A DNA stretch of 64,000 nt. It comes from an uncultured Spirochaetota bacterium. Its GTDB lineage: Bacteria > Spirochaetota > Brevinematia > Brevinematales > JAOACQ01. How positions within the stretch are numbered: the first letter of the stretch is position 1; each line of letters opens with the position of its first letter. Under the pieces are notes generated by a model. It did no database searches, had not been told where the DNA came from, and saw only the letters and a program-made list of their open reading frames with translations. A program made the translations under genes and the position numbers. Location of the stretch: assembly GCA_963783575.1 (NCBI GenBank), contig CAWAOD010000018.1, positions 128,001-192,000 of the forward strand. Reading direction: 5' to 3'. Shown in pieces: positions 60,339 to 64,000 of the stretch.

Positions 60339-61128
60339 ATGAAGACCAAAATATTTTATTTTTCCATTACCGGTAATTCATTATATGTAGCCCGGGCAAT
60401 TGCCGGAATATTAAGCGAAACGGAGCTTTTATCGATTCCAAAAGTTATCAATGCTCCTATTGAATCAGATTCAGACAGTATTGGAATAAATATTTCCAGT
60501 TTATGCATGGGGTCTCCCCAGAATGGTTGTTGAGTTCGTCAGGAAACTAAAACTGCAAAAAAGCCAGTATATTTTTGCAGTTGCAACATGCGGAGGAACA
60601 CCCGCAGGTGCATTAGGCCGATTAAGAAATATTTTATATAAAAATGGGGTAAATATAAACTCAGGTTTTTTAATACAAGAAGATCTTCGTCTGGAAGGTG
60701 ATAATAGACCATCTGTCATTAATTTATGGAACATAAGCGGTATAAAACCTTTTCAATTAAAAGAAAGGCTTTCTGAAATAATCGATGTAATAAAAAATAA
60801 AAAAAATCATAAACTCGAAATGAGTTCATAGGCAGCACGGATTTTAGGTAATATATTTCACAACATTGCTATCAAAAGATACAAAAAAGCCGATTTGAAT
60901 TACATTCTTAATGATCAATGCAACCTTTGCGGCGTATGCACGAGAGTCTGCCCACGCCAAAATATCAGGATTGAAAATGGAAAATTATCATGGAACCAAA
61001 ATTGTGAAAGTTGTTATGGATGTTATTACTGGTGTCCCAGGGAAGCAATACATCTCAGGTATGGCTTAAATATAAAGACGGGATATCATCATCCGGAAAT
61101 AACTCTAGCGGACATTATATTAAGATAA
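60339..61128 (+). pseudogene. EFR1-type flavodoxin-ferredoxin protein with a frameshift near 60490 and an in-frame TAG at 60829
   Basis: YFSITGNSLYVA; (I)FPVYAWGLP after removing one A; ATCGG; CNLCGVCTRVCP; CESCYGCYYWCP; YHHP. Confidence 0.85.
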
Positions 61129-61295
61129 AAACTTTAGCCTGGTAATTGCAGCATGGAATTATTGCAAAATAATAAAGCGTCCCCATATATTGGAAGCCAA
61201 ATTAAGGCCAATCATTAATATTCTATTGGATCAAAATATTTGTTTTATAAAAAATTATGGTTACTTACTATAATTTATACCGGAGATTAAATTAT

Positions 61296-61639
61296 ATGAA
61301 TTCAAAAATAAATTTATGGATTATGATTTTGGCAGTTATTATATCTAATTTAAGCATACAAACTTTATATTGTCATCAAAAAATAATACAAATACTTTAA
61401 CAAATGGCACTAATCAGACTCAAAAATTTTATAATAATTGGGTAGCTTTTAGCCTTTTTACACTCATCATGATTTTTACATCTGATCCTTGGTATTATTT
61501 TGAATATGGACACTATTTTGATCCAGAGGACGCATTGATTACTGCCGTTGATTTTGGCCGGAATTCAAATACAGAATCTGCCGGTTACTATGACTTTTTT
61601 AGTTTGGTTATCGGATACAAAAGGCGAGTTTGGTTATAG
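61296..61639 (+). pseudogene. Possible remnant of an exported or membrane protein (apparently frameshifted)
   Basis: GGAG RBS and ATG at 61296 encode a signal-peptide-like MNSKINLWIMILAVII that stops early. Another frame continues as SKNNTNTLTNGTNQ... Confidence 0.35.
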
Positions 61640-61807
61640 ATTTTAAGAAATTGTCTTTTTTGTATGTATAATTCCTATCATCGTTGACAAATTCACAAAC
61701 ATATTGCGTTATACGATATGTCTCTAAATAATAATTGATAAGGGGCAATTATAATCACTCTTTTAACCATATTATTAATTATTTAGTATTATGCATATTT
61801 GTTAATG

Positions 61808-61836
61808 TTGACAGAAAAAAGCGTTTTATATAAAAT
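61808..61836 (+). promoter_or_regulatory. Sigma70 promoter of the Btu/Fec-type ABC operon
   Basis: TTGACA-N17-TAAAAT. Confidence 0.65.
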
Positions 61837-61864
61837 AAAGAATCTGTCAGGAGACCTGCCTAAT

Positions 61865-62734
61865 ATGCATAATCTTATAAAAGTCAATTCCATTCCGATT
61901 ATTTGTCTAATTCTTTACTTTAGTTCAGCAATTTATCCTCAATCATCCCGACCTGATACATTAAGGATAGTTTCGCTGGGACCATATATCACAGAAGAAA
62001 TATATCTTCTTGGTGTAGAAAACCAGCTTGTTGGAGATACAATTTATTGCGTTATACCGGAAGCGGCTAAAAAGATAGAAAAGGTCGGTGATGTTGTAAA
62101 TATTAATATAGAAAAAATAATCAGCTTAAAGCCTGGCATTATTTTCGCAACAAGCCTTACAAGCAGACAGAACATAGAAACAATGACAAAACTCGGTTTA
62201 AATGTTATAAGCTTAAACCAACCTGCAAATTTCAGTGAAATATGCAGCCAATTTTTACATATCGGAATATTATTGGGCCAAAAAAATAAAGCGGAAAGAA
62301 TTATCGCTACCGCTAAAAGAAAAGTTACATCAATAATAAAAAGGACAAATAACCTACCTAAAAAAAAGGTTTTTTTGGAAGTTGGAGTAAAGCCACTTTT
62401 TACTCAAACAAAGGATTCGTATGTTAATGATCTTATCGAATTCGCAGGCGGTATTAATATTTCAAGGGAGGCATCATCCGGATTTATAAGTTATGAGACA
62501 GTTCTAGCCGCTAATCCGGATGTTATAATAATTGCTGGTATGGGAATGGAACTTAAAAATGAAATAAAAGAATGGCAGAAATATAAGACTTTAAAGGCGG
62601 TAAAAAATGCAGCTATTTTTTCAATTGATACATACAGCATTGGAAGTTCTTCCCCTGTTAACTTTTCAGAAACAATTATTGAATTAGTTAAAATGATCCA
62701 CCCCGAAATTGAATTGGGTTTGTCCAATGAATAA
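61865..62734 (+). CDS. Cobalamin/iron-chelate ABC substrate-binding protein (BtuF-like)
   Basis: RIVSLGPYITE...LVGDTIYC..P, NIEKIISLKP, ETVLAANPDVII; AGGAG RBS before the ATG at 61865. Confidence 0.88.
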   Translation: MHNLIKVNSIPIICLILYFSSAIYPQSSRPDTLRIVSLGPYITEEIYLLGVENQLVGDTIYCVIPEAAKKIEKVGDVVNINIEKIISLKPGIIFATSLTSRQNIETMTKLGLNVISLNQPANFSEICSQFLHIGILLGQKNKAERIIATAKRKVTSIIKRTNNLPKKKVFLEVGVKPLFTQTKDSYVNDLIEFAGGINISREASSGFISYETVLAANPDVIIIAGMGMELKNEIKEWQKYKTLKAVKNAAIFSIDTYSIGSSSPVNFSETIIELVKMIHPEIELGLSNE

Positions 62735-63734
62735 GAAATACGGCAAATGGATTTTATATGTTATATTGTTTTCTTTGATTCTAACATTCACAGCAATAAT
62801 CTCTCTCTGTGTAGGTAGTTACCATATTCCCTTTCAAAAAATAATATATTTTATATTTCAGGATACACAGAGTATGGAGCATTCTATACTTTTTAACATC
62901 CGCCTTCCACATATATTGCTGGGAATCGCTGTCGGCGGTAGTCTAAGCTTGTCAGGAGTAATATTACAGGGGATGTTCAGAAATCCCCTTACCGAACCCT
63001 ATACTCTGGGTATCGCTGGGGGAGCGGTTCTAGGCGTCAGCATAAATATTGTTTTTAGGCTTGGTAATGTTTTCGGATTTATTATTTTTCCGATATCAGG
63101 TTTTTTAGGAGCCCTTCTTGTGATTATCCTAATTTATGTTTTTAATATCCGGAAGGGTATTGTAAAAATTCAGGGCCTTTTATTAACCGGGGTCATGATG
63201 AGTTTCATTTCATCTTCCCTTAATATGCTTATAATGTCGATCGCCAGAACAGAAGACCTTCAAGGTATTATTCACTGGACAATGGGCTCTCTTTCCGAGT
63301 CTAACTGGACTTTAATATTGATCATTTTGTCAGTTTCCATATTAGGACTTATCCTTTCATCTTTTTTCAGCTTGGATTTAAACGCCTTTGGGATGGGTGA
63401 AGAAGAGGCTATTCATATTGGTATTAACACAAGCAGGACAAAAAAGATATTATTTATCTTAGTATCGATTCTGGTTGGATTGAGTGTATCGGTAGGAGGA
63501 ATCATCGGATTTGTCGGTCTGATTGTTCCTCATTTTATGAGGCTTTCGGTAGGCGGCGACCACAGGATTCTTCTTGTCAGTTCATTTTTATCCGGGGCTG
63601 CTTTTCTTATTCTCTGCGACATGATTGCAAGAATAATTATTTCACCGCTGGAACTTCCGGTTGGAGTAATTACAGGTATTATCGGGGGCATTTTGTTTAT
63701 CACGGCAATAAATAGAAAAAAGGCTGAAATATGA
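62727..63734 (+). CDS. Cobalamin/iron-chelate ABC permease (BtuC/FecCD)
   Basis: IRLP, QGMFRNPL.EPY.LG, GIIGFVGLIVPH, ELPVG. Confidence 0.93.
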   Translation: MNKKYGKWILYVILFSLILTFTAIISLCVGSYHIPFQKIIYFIFQDTQSMEHSILFNIRLPHILLGIAVGGSLSLSGVILQGMFRNPLTEPYTLGIAGGAVLGVSINIVFRLGNVFGFIIFPISGFLGALLVIILIYVFNIRKGIVKIQGLLLTGVMMSFISSSLNMLIMSIARTEDLQGIIHWTMGSLSESNWTLILIILSVSILGLILSSFFSLDLNAFGMGEEEAIHIGINTSRTKKILFILVSILVGLSVSVGGIIGFVGLIVPHFMRLSVGGDHRILLVSSFLSGAAFLILCDMIARIIISPLELPVGVITGIIGGILFITAINRKKAEI

Positions 63735-64000
63735 CTGCTAACCTTTTAAATATTATTAATTTAACCTGCGGATATGATTCCAGGTTTTCCATAAAAAAAA
63801 TTCAATTTACTCTGGACCGAGGAAAAATCATCGGGATTATCGGCCCTAATGGTTCCGGTAAAACAACACTTCTCCGGGCAATGACAAATATTATCAAACC
63901 AAGTAATGGTGAAATATTACTGAATGGAAAGAATATAAGGAAATACGGTATAAAAGACCTTGCAAAACATATTGCGGTAGTTTCACAAAATATTGATGCC
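63731..64000 (+). CDS. ABC ATP-binding protein (BtuD/FecE-like), partial
   Basis: MTANLLNIINLTCGY...GIIGPNGSGKTTLL (Walker A); runs off the window end. Confidence 0.9.
   Translation, partial: MTANLLNIINLTCGYDSRFSIKKIQFTLDRGKIIGIIGPNGSGKTTLLRAMTNIIKPSNGEILLNGKNIRKYGIKDLAKHIAVVSQNIDA

Noticed and set aside
60829..60831. Stop-codon recoding (pyrrolysine or readthrough) at the in-frame TAG, and at the TAA at 32886
   Set aside because: The EFR1 gene also has a frameshift, TAG and TAA end normal genes throughout the window, and no pyl genes are present.
61640..61864. Cobalamin riboswitch upstream of the Btu-like operon
   Set aside because: No B12-box motif seen, and a consensus promoter lies only about 30 bp before the start codon.

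Overview
AT-rich bacterial chromosomal window, very probably from a spirochaete. The evidence for this is a spiro-SPASM protein, a Treponema/euglenozoan-type GAPDH, an FlgD-Ig/OmpA protein and a membrane-anchored TPR-Mrr protein. Contents in order: dapL (partial); parB and parA with two parS sites; a NYN/LOTUS nuclease; proA-lysC; a cluster of exported and TPR proteins plus a site-2 protease; a hydrogenase-4-like (Ehr, no Ni ligands) membrane complex whose small-subunit gene is displaced and inverted, headed by an HTH/PTS-EIIA regulator; an OmpA-family protein; a degenerate HemL-like protein; rny; a TrmB regulator with a sugar ABC transporter; DUF72-Ku-LigD (NHEJ); thiC-thiD; a sugar nucleotidyltransferase; two near-identical IS1182-family elements flanking manC-gap; pgk-tpiA; AsmA-like; DUF2156; cutA; spiro-SPASM; TetR with an EFR1-type pseudogene; and a Btu/Fec-type ABC transporter (partial). 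I saw no rRNA, tRNA or CRISPR array. The most notable items are: (1) a family of nested tandem-GA palindromic repeats that both IS copies have hit; (2) the split, possibly inverted Ehr operon and its candidate operator; (3) a strong Thr-Asn dipeptide excess in exported proteins; (4) a 100-bp tandem structured repeat; (5) several catalytically degenerate enzyme homologues. All family assignments are by motif recognition; no database searches were run.
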